A stretch of DNA of 39,733 bases from Chloroflexota bacterium (GCA_022707705.1 JAKJAC010000012.1:1-39733); one strand, 5' to 3'. Positions 26,101-33,032 are shown, numbered from the stretch's first letter. The notes: generated by a model from the sequence alone, not told the origin. Numbers and translations are program-made.

Positions 26101-27341
26101 TGTTGCGACTGGGGTTGGCTGTGCTCGGCGTGCCCCTGCTGGTGGGCTTCATTGCCGTGCGGCAGACACTCGTGGCAGCGCTCACCGTGCCGGCAGCGCA
26201 ATCGGCGCTCCTGGCGCTGGTGTTGCTCTATGTGGGCTTGATCCCCAATTCCATCGCCACAGGGCTTTCGGCGCTTTTCTATGCGCACGAGAAAGCCGAG
26301 TTTCCTGCAGCTGTAACAACCATCTCCACGTTGCTCAAAGTTGGCTTGGGTACAGCCGTGCTGCTTGGCGGGTTGGGTATCGTAGGGCTGGCGGCTTCAG
26401 CCATCGCCGTTAACATCATCACGCTGGTGATTCTGGGGGCGCTGGCATGGCGGCAGATTCCCGCGCTAAAGACTGCTGCGCCCTCTCGCATCGCGTTGCG
26501 TGCAGCCACAGAGCGCACCCTGCGCCGGAAGATGCTCAGTGAGTCTTGGCCCCTCATGGTCAATCACCTGCTGGCAACGCTGTTCTTCAAGATTGATGTG
26601 CCGCTCATGGAAGCGATTCTGGGGAATGAAGCCCTGGGCCTCTATAGCACGGGTTACAAATACCTCGATGCACTCAACGTGATTCCCTCTATGTTTACCA
26701 TGGCGCTCTTCCCCGTCATCTCGCGGAAAGCGGTGGAGGATCGCGCCGGTTTTGTGCGCTTCTTCCAACTGGGTGTGAAAATCCTCACGCTGTTAGTGCT
26801 ACCGGCAGCCATTATCGCCACGCTGGGAGCGCGGGAGCTGGTGCTGCTGCTGGGCGGACCGGAATACCTGCCCGGCGGAATGATTGCACTGCAACTGATG
26901 GCATGGTCTATGGTCATCGGTTGGACCAACAGCCTTACCCAATACGTGCTGATTGCTCTGAACCAACAACGCTATCTCATGCGTGCCTATATGCTGGCGC
27001 TAAGCTTCAATCTGATTGCCAATTTGGTGTTGATGCCGCGTTTCGGTTATCAGGCTTCAGCGTTATTACATACAGCAGCAGAGCTGATGTTGTTCATCCC
27101 CTTCACCATTCGCCTGTACCAGCAGGTTGGGCGTCTTAACTGGTGGGGAATGTTGGGTAAGCCATTGATTGCCGCAGTCTGCGCCGCGCCGGTCGCCGCA
27201 GTGCTCTTCCCATTGAACCGCCTGGCAGCATTGGTGGGGGCGCTCCTCATTTATGGGGTGGTCAGCTGGCGCTTGCGAATCTTTGATGCCGAAGAGCGCC
27301 AGGTATTAGCGCCGGTATTTGGGAGCAGAAAGGGAAGCTGA
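23121..27341 (+). CDS. Fusion membrane protein: YfhO-family GT-C glycosyltransferase (aa 1 to ~890) + MOP/Wzx-type polysaccharide flippase (aa ~910-1406)
   Basis: Single 1406-aa ORF. The N-terminus has the YfhO-style LQNYPWQ...GEIPWWDPFTFSGHPFLANGQAMGFYP. It continues through many TMs and a large loop to a terminal TM after FRYTPNSVKFGVFISF. From about nt 25855, LAKNSIVPIALNLFNRMVDFAFAALMLRILGPDNAGQYYYA plus about 12 more TMs is a typical Wzx/MOP flippase. Confidence 0.8.
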   Translation: MAKIRVWITQHGLPILLLLLAPLLLFAPVVIGDATLLPADALMLFEPFRSTAQELIPPHNPLLADLVLQNYPWQRLIVNALKQGEIPWWDPFTFSGHPFLANGQAMGFYPLRVIFHIFPLPRAYGIFITLQLGLAGVWMYVLARVLHANRLGAVLAGLTFELSGFLVVSAVHPMIIATASWLPLLLALAELGIRRAPFLRFGRSTLPWALLGAAALLMQLLAGHAETAYFALLVLVAFVAYRLLYRLLTLPKSEWRTEVLTPALSLLLMGVLGIGLGALQYLPLYESVSASFRQGAVALQEVLGWAYPKRRMLTFLIPNFFGNPTHRAFQDIFTGKWIQATVNAFGSPVSAFEWGIKNYVEGGAYMGLLPLALALLAVLDAFRGTASARAIGHRCIERLRLFFRQPYTPFFTLLALFALGCIFGTPVYAIVYALPLLSQSHSPFRWVFPLTVAVAALASQGATAVARSRRSATQTGQPAQSEPVFSRVVRWLGWGILGSGVALLAGLWLSRLAFPGIEPWVERLFWALAKAPDTFPDARTFYAYEFRWIQQAALLLIVTGTVLRVSRCPIFLPQRLKRRPIWESLALVVLIVDLLSFGWGFNPQADSAPLSVTPPVVEFLRQDQGVWRLSSFDPHGSRVLDSNTAMYFDFQDVRGYDSTFATQYVRYMNWIEPQGQLLYNRIAPFTQFSSLDSPLTDLLNVKYILTDVEIPLPKYQLVYEEPALRVYENLTVMSRAFTLPQSATIVVPDAEAVGTTLQTYDPRFYVIIEAVQEAWSGSAPTPGAWPRPFAAGEPQAQVITAYGLNQVVVDATVAEDAWLVLGDAFFPGWKAFVRPQGTGEDSETEIPIARVAGNFRGVRLTPGAWTVRFRYTPNSVKFGVFISFLSGMIALFLAVAWGWRRLYRENTQASTTQRLAKNSIVPIALNLFNRMVDFAFAALMLRILGPDNAGQYYYAGSIFMWFDIITNFGLNTYLTREVSRYQEQARRYLVNTSLLRLGLAVLGVPLLVGFIAVRQTLVAALTVPAAQSALLALVLLYVGLIPNSIATGLSALFYAHEKAEFPAAVTTISTLLKVGLGTAVLLGGLGIVGLAASAIAVNIITLVILGALAWRQIPALKTAAPSRIALRAATERTLRRKMLSESWPLMVNHLLATLFFKIDVPLMEAILGNEALGLYSTGYKYLDALNVIPSMFTMALFPVISRKAVEDRAGFVRFFQLGVKILTLLVLPAAIIATLGARELVLLLGGPEYLPGGMIALQLMAWSMVIGWTNSLTQYVLIALNQQRYLMRAYMLALSFNLIANLVLMPRFGYQASALLHTAAELMLFIPFTIRLYQQVGRLNWWGMLGKPLIAAVCAAPVAAVLFPLNRLAALVGALLIYGVVSWRLRIFDAEERQVLAPVFGSRKGS

Positions 27342-27522
27342 CGCGGTTGTTTCCACTTTTCCCCTTGTGCTCATCGACTATAATCAATACACTTATTCCT
27401 GATAGACCGCAAGAAGCCATCAGAGGCAGATAAGCGCGATACCAGGGGATAGCGCTGTTATACTATGTCTTGAGGTTGCCCTCAAAGGTAACCGCTCAAG
27501 TGATGTTTAAGGAGTAACGCCC

Positions 27523-28734
27523 ATGGAGTTATCACAACTGGAACAGATGGTGCACTGGCTTGACCAGGAGCGCAAGAAAGACAAGGCGCTCATAGCCACC
27601 CTGCAAGAGCGGAGTGAACAACAGGCGCTGACCATCGAAGCTCAGGCGCGCGACCTGGAAGCGCTGCTTCGAGAATTGGGGCAATTAGGGGCAGATATTC
27701 GCCGAACAGATGATTATCCTGCCATGATCGAGAAAACGCATCGCGATCTCACCGCTGCGATTGAGGAACTAAAAGCCATACAACGCAGAGAGAAAATGGA
27801 ATCCGAACGCTTGCGTCGCGCCGAGATCGAAGCTCTGTCACAAGAGGTCATCACCGTAGACGAACGCTATCGTCCCACCCTGCGTTACCCTGAGATGCTC
27901 GAGGCGCGCGCCGTGGGAGAGCAACGCTTGCAGACCCAATTACAGCAGCTCACCGGTAGCGTAGCGGACCTCACCAAGCGCACCGACGACCGCTTACAAG
28001 CGGTCGTGTATTTGGAAGAACAGCGCCGCGCCGATACGCGCCGTGTGGCGGCTGTGGAAGGCGATTTACCGCCGTTACGCAAGAGCGTGGACGAATTCAA
28101 TGCCAAATTGCTGCGCCTCGAAGATAGCATCCGTAAGTTGCCGGCGCGCGTGGAAGAGGCGATTCAAATTGCTAAATCCTATGATCCCAAAATCGAGGAA
28201 TTGCGGGTGGCAGACTTCCAACGTGAACAGCGTGTACGGCAGTATCTCGACCAGGCTGCCCAGGTGCAAGCAGAGGTTGCCCGTCTGGTGGAGCAAACCC
28301 AGAAATACGCTCTGCTCTTTAACCAGAACAAGCAAGCGTTGGATGCTCTCGAATCCTTCCGGGTGCGATTGGAAAAACGCCAGAATGAAATCGCCGAGAT
28401 GCAGCGGCTCAATGAGGAACGCCTCAAACGCGAATGGGAAGAATGGCAATCTGCCTTTGCACGCGACTGGCAGAAACGCCTGGTGACCGAGGAAGACCGC
28501 TGGCGCCGCGAGGATTTGATGGATCAACGGTTCACCGAGCATTTTGTCCAACTCGACGAGACCTCAAAGCTGTACTTCGACGAGCTGGCGGCACTCTGGG
28601 AAGAGTTGCGCCAATTGGCGGATCGCTGGGGAAATCTGGTGCGCGATAAGGTGCTCGCCGATCAGGAGATACCAGCACAACGTCTCAAAGCCCTGCGGCG
28701 CTTCGCTGAAGAAAAACGCAAAGACCTGCTATAA
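27523..28734 (+). CDS. Charged coiled-coil protein (403 aa), function unknown
   Basis: AAGGAG SD. E/R/K/Q/L-rich sequence with heptad-like periodicity throughout. No TM segment and no enzymatic motif. Confidence 0.7.
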   Translation: MELSQLEQMVHWLDQERKKDKALIATLQERSEQQALTIEAQARDLEALLRELGQLGADIRRTDDYPAMIEKTHRDLTAAIEELKAIQRREKMESERLRRAEIEALSQEVITVDERYRPTLRYPEMLEARAVGEQRLQTQLQQLTGSVADLTKRTDDRLQAVVYLEEQRRADTRRVAAVEGDLPPLRKSVDEFNAKLLRLEDSIRKLPARVEEAIQIAKSYDPKIEELRVADFQREQRVRQYLDQAAQVQAEVARLVEQTQKYALLFNQNKQALDALESFRVRLEKRQNEIAEMQRLNEERLKREWEEWQSAFARDWQKRLVTEEDRWRREDLMDQRFTEHFVQLDETSKLYFDELAALWEELRQLADRWGNLVRDKVLADQEIPAQRLKALRRFAEEKRKDLL

Positions 28735-28759
28735 CCTGCGCTTTGTTGCCAGGAAAACT

Positions 28760-28792
28760 GGGGGGCGAGCACCTTGTGCTTGCCCCCTTTTC
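28760..28792 (+). terminator. Rho-independent (probably bidirectional) terminator between convergent genes
   Basis: GGGGGGCGAGCA-cctt-GUGCUUGCCCCC followed by TTTT. It is preceded by AAAA, so it can also act for the convergent amidohydrolase gene. Confidence 0.75.
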
Positions 28793-28843
28793 ACGCAACA
28801 CCATAACGGTTACCACGCAAATTACCGGCGTATCGCAGTAGCG

Positions 28844-30421
28844 CTATGCTGTATAGCGCCACTCGCCGCCAACCATCACACGTTGCACGCGCGTCTCCAA
28901 TAACGCCTCCGGGGGCGCCGAGAAGATATCACGGTCCAATACGACCAGGTCCGCAAAATAGCCTGGAAGTAGGCGCCCTTGGCAATGCTCCTGCCCAATT
29001 GCGTAAGCCGCACCCCAGGTATATGCCTTGAGTGCGTCGGTCAAGGTGAGCCGTTCCTGGGGCTGCCAACCCTCAGGACCAGGGGAGCCATCACGTTCAT
29101 GACGACGGGTGACAGCCGCATACAGCCCCAATAGCGGATCGAAAGATTCAATAGGTGCATCGGAACCAAAAGCAAGGCGCGCGCCGGTTTTCAGCAACGA
29201 TTGCCAGGCATAGCTCAGGGTGCAGCGTGCGCCCCAATAGCGCTCTGCCATCGCCCAATCATGGGGCGCGTGAACGGGTTGCATCGAAGCTACCACATCC
29301 AGCTGCGCCAACCGAGGTAAATCCTCCCGGCTCAACAGCTGGACGTGTTCAATGCGGTGACGTAACGTTGGGTTGAGCGGTTGCACCTCGTCCAACACGT
29401 CCAGCACCAGGCGGTTAGCCCGGTCGCCAATCGCGTGAATCGCCAGCGCCAGCCCACCGGCTACAGCCCGCCGGGCGATAGCGCGCAATGCATCAGGTTC
29501 AAGCGTCAACAGACCTGTATTCTCCGGTTCTTCTGCGTAAGCCGCCAGCATCGCCCCAGTACGCGCCCCTAATGCGCCATCCACAAAGAGCTTTAGCCCG
29601 CAGAAGCGCAGCCATTCGTCACCATAGCCGCTACGCAATCCCACTTCCAACAGACCGTCGAGCGCCTCCAGGCGTACATATTTGCCCACTCGCAGCTGGA
29701 GCGCCCCCTCTTGCCGTAAAAGCTGCAGCGCCGAGAAGGCAGGTCCACCATCCACATCGTGCACACCCGTGAGACCTTTCTGCAACAGCCGAGGTTGCGC
29801 TGCACGGATCGCAGCGGCAACTTGTGCTACCGTAGGCTCGGGAATGACAGACTCCACAGCATCAACCGCATATTCAAAGAGCATGCCATCCAGGGCGCCG
29901 TTAGCCGTTCTTCCAAAACGACCCTGCGGCGGATCGGGTGCAACCACATCCAGACCTGCCAGGCGCAGCGCCGCTGAATTGGCGACCGCTGCATGAGCGT
30001 TCTTGGCAATCAGCAATACCGGGTGATGTGGGGCGACCCTATCCAGTTCGGCTGCCGTAGGGAAGCGCGTGTCAACCCAAAGAGTCTGGTCCCAACCACG
30101 TCCTCGAATCCAGCCGCCCGGCGGCGCTGCCGTTACCGCGTCTGCCACGACTGCAAGCAATGCTTCTCGCGATAGGTCGCGGAGTTCCAGATCAGCCAGG
30201 CTGAGTGCATACCACATCAGGTGGATGTGCGCATCCACCAATCCGGGAAGAACTACTGCAGCCTGCAGGTTTTCTACGCGAGTCTGAGGGGCTGTTGCCC
30301 ACGCCAGTGCTGCCTGCCCGATAGCGACGATTTGTGAATCCACCAACGCTACCGCATCTGTCCATGGTTGTTGCCGGTCGCCGGTGTAAAAGCGTCCGTT
30401 TTTGAGTAGCCGAATCCTCAT
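28844..30421 (-). CDS. Metal-dependent amidohydrolase (YtcJ-like, Amidohydro_3)
   Basis: VLPGLVDAHIHL metal motif near the N-terminus, then later HAIGD and FGSDAP motifs. Start set at ATG 30421 (MRIRLLKNGRFYTG), directly after the upstream gene's stop. Confidence 0.8.
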   Translation of the reverse strand: MRIRLLKNGRFYTGDRQQPWTDAVALVDSQIVAIGQAALAWATAPQTRVENLQAAVVLPGLVDAHIHLMWYALSLADLELRDLSREALLAVVADAVTAAPPGGWIRGRGWDQTLWVDTRFPTAAELDRVAPHHPVLLIAKNAHAAVANSAALRLAGLDVVAPDPPQGRFGRTANGALDGMLFEYAVDAVESVIPEPTVAQVAAAIRAAQPRLLQKGLTGVHDVDGGPAFSALQLLRQEGALQLRVGKYVRLEALDGLLEVGLRSGYGDEWLRFCGLKLFVDGALGARTGAMLAAYAEEPENTGLLTLEPDALRAIARRAVAGGLALAIHAIGDRANRLVLDVLDEVQPLNPTLRHRIEHVQLLSREDLPRLAQLDVVASMQPVHAPHDWAMAERYWGARCTLSYAWQSLLKTGARLAFGSDAPIESFDPLLGLYAAVTRRHERDGSPGPEGWQPQERLTLTDALKAYTWGAAYAIGQEHCQGRLLPGYFADLVVLDRDIFSAPPEALLETRVQRVMVGGEWRYTA

Positions 30422-30423
30422 AT

Positions 30424-30981
30424 TTACAATCCCAAAATCTGCGCCAACCAGGCGATACCGTAATATCCGCCCCAAGCGAAGACAATCGCCTTGATAGTTT
30501 TTCCAGCCCAGGCAGACAGATAGAACTTCCACACAGGGAATCCTGTGGCGCCGCCGGCAATACCTGCCAGATCAAAGAGAGGCATAGGCACAACACCCAT
30601 TAAGAAAACGGTAAGGACTCCATTCCGGCGCATCCAGCCTTCGATCGTTGGATAAACTCGCCAGTGATTTGCGATATCCTCAACCGCATATCCGGCAAGG
30701 TAGCCCCAAAGTTCCCCCAATGAATCGCCGAATCCCGCGCATAATCCCACAAACCAGGGCGTCAGCACCGACCCCATGGTAAAGGTGAAGGCTAGGTGGG
30801 GAATGGGGAGAACTACCGTCGTGCTTCCCACAAAAGCCATCAGGAAAACACCCAGATAGCCAAGTTCACGAAATTGGGCGATGCTGAGACGTTCACGGAA
30901 GACAATGACTAGAATGGTGACAATGATGAAGAAACCCACCAGGAAAGCTCGCAGAGCTTTGATCCACTTTGTTTTGTGCAT
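30424..30981 (-). CDS. VTT-domain (DedA/YqaA-like) membrane protein
   Basis: 185-aa polytopic protein with a glycine-rich re-entrant-like segment GFGDSLGELWGYLAGY. Size and pattern resemble the YqaA/DedA family. This assignment is tentative. Confidence 0.6.
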   Translation of the reverse strand: MHKTKWIKALRAFLVGFFIIVTILVIVFRERLSIAQFRELGYLGVFLMAFVGSTTVVLPIPHLAFTFTMGSVLTPWFVGLCAGFGDSLGELWGYLAGYAVEDIANHWRVYPTIEGWMRRNGVLTVFLMGVVPMPLFDLAGIAGGATGFPVWKFYLSAWAGKTIKAIVFAWGGYYGIAWLAQILGL

Positions 30982-30985
30982 TTGG

Positions 30986-31138
30986 TTAGCGCCCTGTGTC
31001 TATCCGGGTAAAGATGCGTCCAAACGAGATCATACCAGCCTTGCCAAAGTGCTGAGAGATGACATCACAACTGATTATTTCATACATGGCTACTTTCGCT
31101 TCTCGGACAGGGTTTTTGTTCGGCAGAGTCATCGCCAT
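30986..31138 (-). CDS. Possible small protein (50 aa), unknown
   Basis: The ORF ends 4 nt before the VTT-gene ATG, an operon-like junction. Weak GAGAG SD. No recognisable motif. Confidence 0.3.
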   Translation of the reverse strand: MAMTLPNKNPVREAKVAMYEIISCDVISQHFGKAGMISFGRIFTRIDTGR

Positions 31139-31211
31139 AGGGTTACTCTCGTCACGATGAGTTCCAAATAGCAAACATGGGAACACACATTCAAGAGGGG
31201 GACTCTGCCTG

Positions 31212-32204
31212 TCAGGGTTGGGAAGGAAGACGCTGTGCTAGCAACGCCAGCTTAGGTTCTACCTCATACCAGCTAATCTCTGAAAGCCCCAATTTCTGAC
31301 GCAATGCCTCGCGGTCCATGTCGCTAAGAAAATCCCGTACCGCGCAAGTCCAACGCAACATCTCAAACGAGAGGCGTTCGAGACCTGCATCAGCGCCCAC
31401 GCGCGTGAGGATATACTCCAAATTGCGCGGCGTCCAGGGAAAGAGATACTGCCGCGGATGATAAGCCTGAAGATACTCCTGCAACACGGGGGGCCACCAA
31501 TCCGGCAACAGAATGCGCCGTTCCTTATGTTGGCGACTGGGTTGATTATAGCGAATCCATAGCGCAGGGCGCGCGGGGTTGGTCAGGTCAATGTGATTGG
31601 GAACAATCTTGACACATTCGCCCTTCTTAACGCCGGTGTGAAGTAACAACGTAATCAAGGTATAGGGTCGGGGGTCAGCTGGCTGTCCGGCGCTTCCCGC
31701 ACGCAGATGTTGGGCGACTTCGAGTACGGCGCGGCTCTGCGCTTCGGTTAGAAAATCCGGTAGAGGGGGTGAAACGGTGCGATGAATCAGTGGAGCAGCC
31801 GGGTCACGCGTCAACGTGCCAATCTCCGTCAACCAGCCGAAAAAGACTTTCAAGCTGGTAATTCGACGCTCAAGCGTTTTGGGACTGCACGCAATCCCCC
31901 GGGAGTCGGTCATCCAGGTAAGGAAGGCGCTGAGGTTAGCAGTAGCGATATGTCCCACCGCGATGCCTGGACCAAGGTATTCGGAGAGTAGCTGCAAATC
32001 AAGGCGGAATGCCTGGCGCGTATTCGCCGTGAAGCCACGCTGCTCCATATAATGTTCAAAGGCGCCGAGTGCCTTGTTGAAAGCCGATCCGGCATCAAGG
32101 TCAGGTTTGGGGGCAGGTTTGGGCGAGGGCGCAGGAGCATCTGTAGTCCCGAAAAGTGGCAACTGCGCCGCAAAACCCTGTTCGTGCTCCGTGTCTACCA
32201 TCAC
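31212..32204 (-). CDS. Tyrosine-recombinase/integrase-like protein with apparently degenerate catalytic residues
   Basis: SAM-like N-domain (TLERRITSLKVFFGWL) and a core-domain box I LLLHTGVKKGE, with K where the catalytic R is expected. Box II reads FEMLRWTCAV. The C-terminus is LGLSEISWYEV. It sits at the edge of the repeat-rich region and the GC-rich block. Confidence 0.7.
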   Translation of the reverse strand: MMVDTEHEQGFAAQLPLFGTTDAPAPSPKPAPKPDLDAGSAFNKALGAFEHYMEQRGFTANTRQAFRLDLQLLSEYLGPGIAVGHIATANLSAFLTWMTDSRGIACSPKTLERRITSLKVFFGWLTEIGTLTRDPAAPLIHRTVSPPLPDFLTEAQSRAVLEVAQHLRAGSAGQPADPRPYTLITLLLHTGVKKGECVKIVPNHIDLTNPARPALWIRYNQPSRQHKERRILLPDWWPPVLQEYLQAYHPRQYLFPWTPRNLEYILTRVGADAGLERLSFEMLRWTCAVRDFLSDMDREALRQKLGLSEISWYEVEPKLALLAQRLPSQP

Positions 32205-32315
32205 TCTACCGCCTCAGTTCGCATTTCAAATACCCAATTGAGCCTTGAGTGTAAGTCAATAGTATTATAGCCCAACTTTGAAAGGAGAACAAATCAGAAA
32301 ATGCCAGGACATTGG

Positions 32316-32329
32316 TCAGATTTCCACCA
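32316..32329 (+). repeat. TCAGATTTCCACCA motif copy
   Basis: Same core as 32499-32510, 32653-32664 and 11635-11648. Confidence 0.8.
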
Positions 32330-32335
32330 TCAAAT

Positions 32336-32358
32336 GCGGATTTCGAACAGAAATCCGC
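32336..32358. repeat. Perfect 9-bp stem hairpin GCGGATTTC-gaaca-GAAATCCGC
   Basis: Read directly from the sequence. It follows the motif copy at 32316-32329, mirroring the hairpin CGGACT-aa-AGTCCG that follows the copy at 11626-11648. Confidence 0.85.
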
Positions 32359-32370
32359 TGGAAGAGGTGA

Positions 32371-32418
32371 TTTTGGCTGCCGCGTGAAATGCCGCACTCG
32401 GCGCCGCGGCAGCCAAAA
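32371..32418. repeat. 14-bp perfect inverted repeat TTTTGGCTGCCGCG / CGCGGCAGCCAAAA with 20-nt loop
   Basis: Arms at 32371-32384 and 32405-32418. Confidence 0.85.
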
Positions 32419-32470
32419 CCTCTCTGGGATCGCAGTCTTCGCCGCATCTGCTATGATCAGCGGGAGAATG

Positions 32471-32510
32471 TTGAACAGTTGTCACAAACGGTAACTGTTC
32501 AGATTTCCAG
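32471..32510 (+). repeat. Hairpin TGAACAGTT-N12-AACTGTTCA fused to the GGTAACTGTTCAGATTTCCAG motif
   Basis: ttgaacagttgtcacaaacggtaactgttcagatttccag. This is the best match to the 11.6-kb copy. Confidence 0.85.
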
Positions 32511-32643
32511 TGCAAGCCTGTTTGTTTTCTTAAACTTCAGCAACTGGTCTTTGTGCTCGAAAGATAAAAATCATACCGATATAATCACTGCAATAATTTT
32601 TACCAATGGCCAGACATGGGACCGTGTCAAGACGCTGTCGGAC

Positions 32644-32664
32644 CGTAACGCTTCAGATTTCCAG
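32644..32664 (+). repeat. CGTAACGCTTCAGATTTCCAG motif copy
   Basis: Matches 32490-32510 at 18 of 21 positions. Confidence 0.8.
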
Positions 32665-32692
32665 CGCCGGGCGCCCGTTTCGGGCTCCAGAC

Positions 32693-32781
32693 TTTTCGGC
32701 GAAATCGGTGATTTCGGTGATCGAAAAACCGCCCAACCGAACACCGAAAATCACCGAAACACACCGAAAATCACCGAAAGC
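32693..32781. repeat. Iteron-like cluster: four CACCGAAA units at exact 10-bp phasing plus about three inverted copies
   Basis: Direct units start at 32742, 32752, 32762 and 32772 (caccgaaaat/caccgaaaca/caccgaaaat/caccgaaagc). The inverted copies tttcggcg, atcggtg and tttcggtg lie at 32693-32723. The two sets can pair as a long bulged hairpin. Confidence 0.85.
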
Positions 32782-32913
32782 AGCCGCGGGCGCCGGGGGC
32801 AGAGAGATTGGCTGTACCGGGCGGTCACACCTGGTGCAGGTCTGGCTTTCCACCGCCAGGCGCAACTCGCCATCGCGGCTTTGGTCCCTCTGCTTGGTGC
32901 AAGCGGGGGAACG

Positions 32914-32925
32914 CTGAACAGTTAC
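32914..32925 (-). repeat. Inverted copy of GTAACTGTTCAG
   Basis: ctgaacagttac is the perfect reverse complement of 32491-32502. Confidence 0.8.
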
Positions 32926-32992
32926 ATCAAAGGCCTCATATTGGGAATTGCTGTTCGCCTTCTCGCTTTCTCGCCTTCCCGCCTTTTCGCCC

Positions 32993-32998
32993 TATAAT
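32993..32998 (+). promoter_or_regulatory. Consensus -10 box TATAAT upstream of the beta-lactamase-family gene
   Basis: TATAAT lies 35 nt upstream of ATG 33033 and follows a CT-rich tcgcc(t)t repeat tract. No convincing -35 is present. Confidence 0.35.
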
Positions 32999-33032
32999 AG
33001 ACGCGGATACTCTCACCCAGGAGGTTCATCAA

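Noticed and set aside
32300-32930. CRISPR-like array suggested by the recurring TTCAGATTTCCA motif
   Set aside because: Copy spacing is irregular (about 174, 154 and 200 nt). The conserved core is only about 14-21 nt and one copy is inverted. No cas genes are present.
32389-32997. 202-aa plus-strand ORF, plus the overlapping 103-aa and 70-aa ORFs, across the repeat region
   Set aside because: It runs straight through hairpins, the CACCGAAA repeats and an AT-rich core. Its low-complexity sequence is implausible for a protein and it has no SD.
30982-33032. tRNA gene as integration target next to the recombinase-like gene
   Set aside because: No cloverleaf or T-loop (GGTTCGAATCC-like) sequence was found on either strand. 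The ggatttcgaac at about 32338 is part of a simple 9-bp hairpin, not a tRNA.
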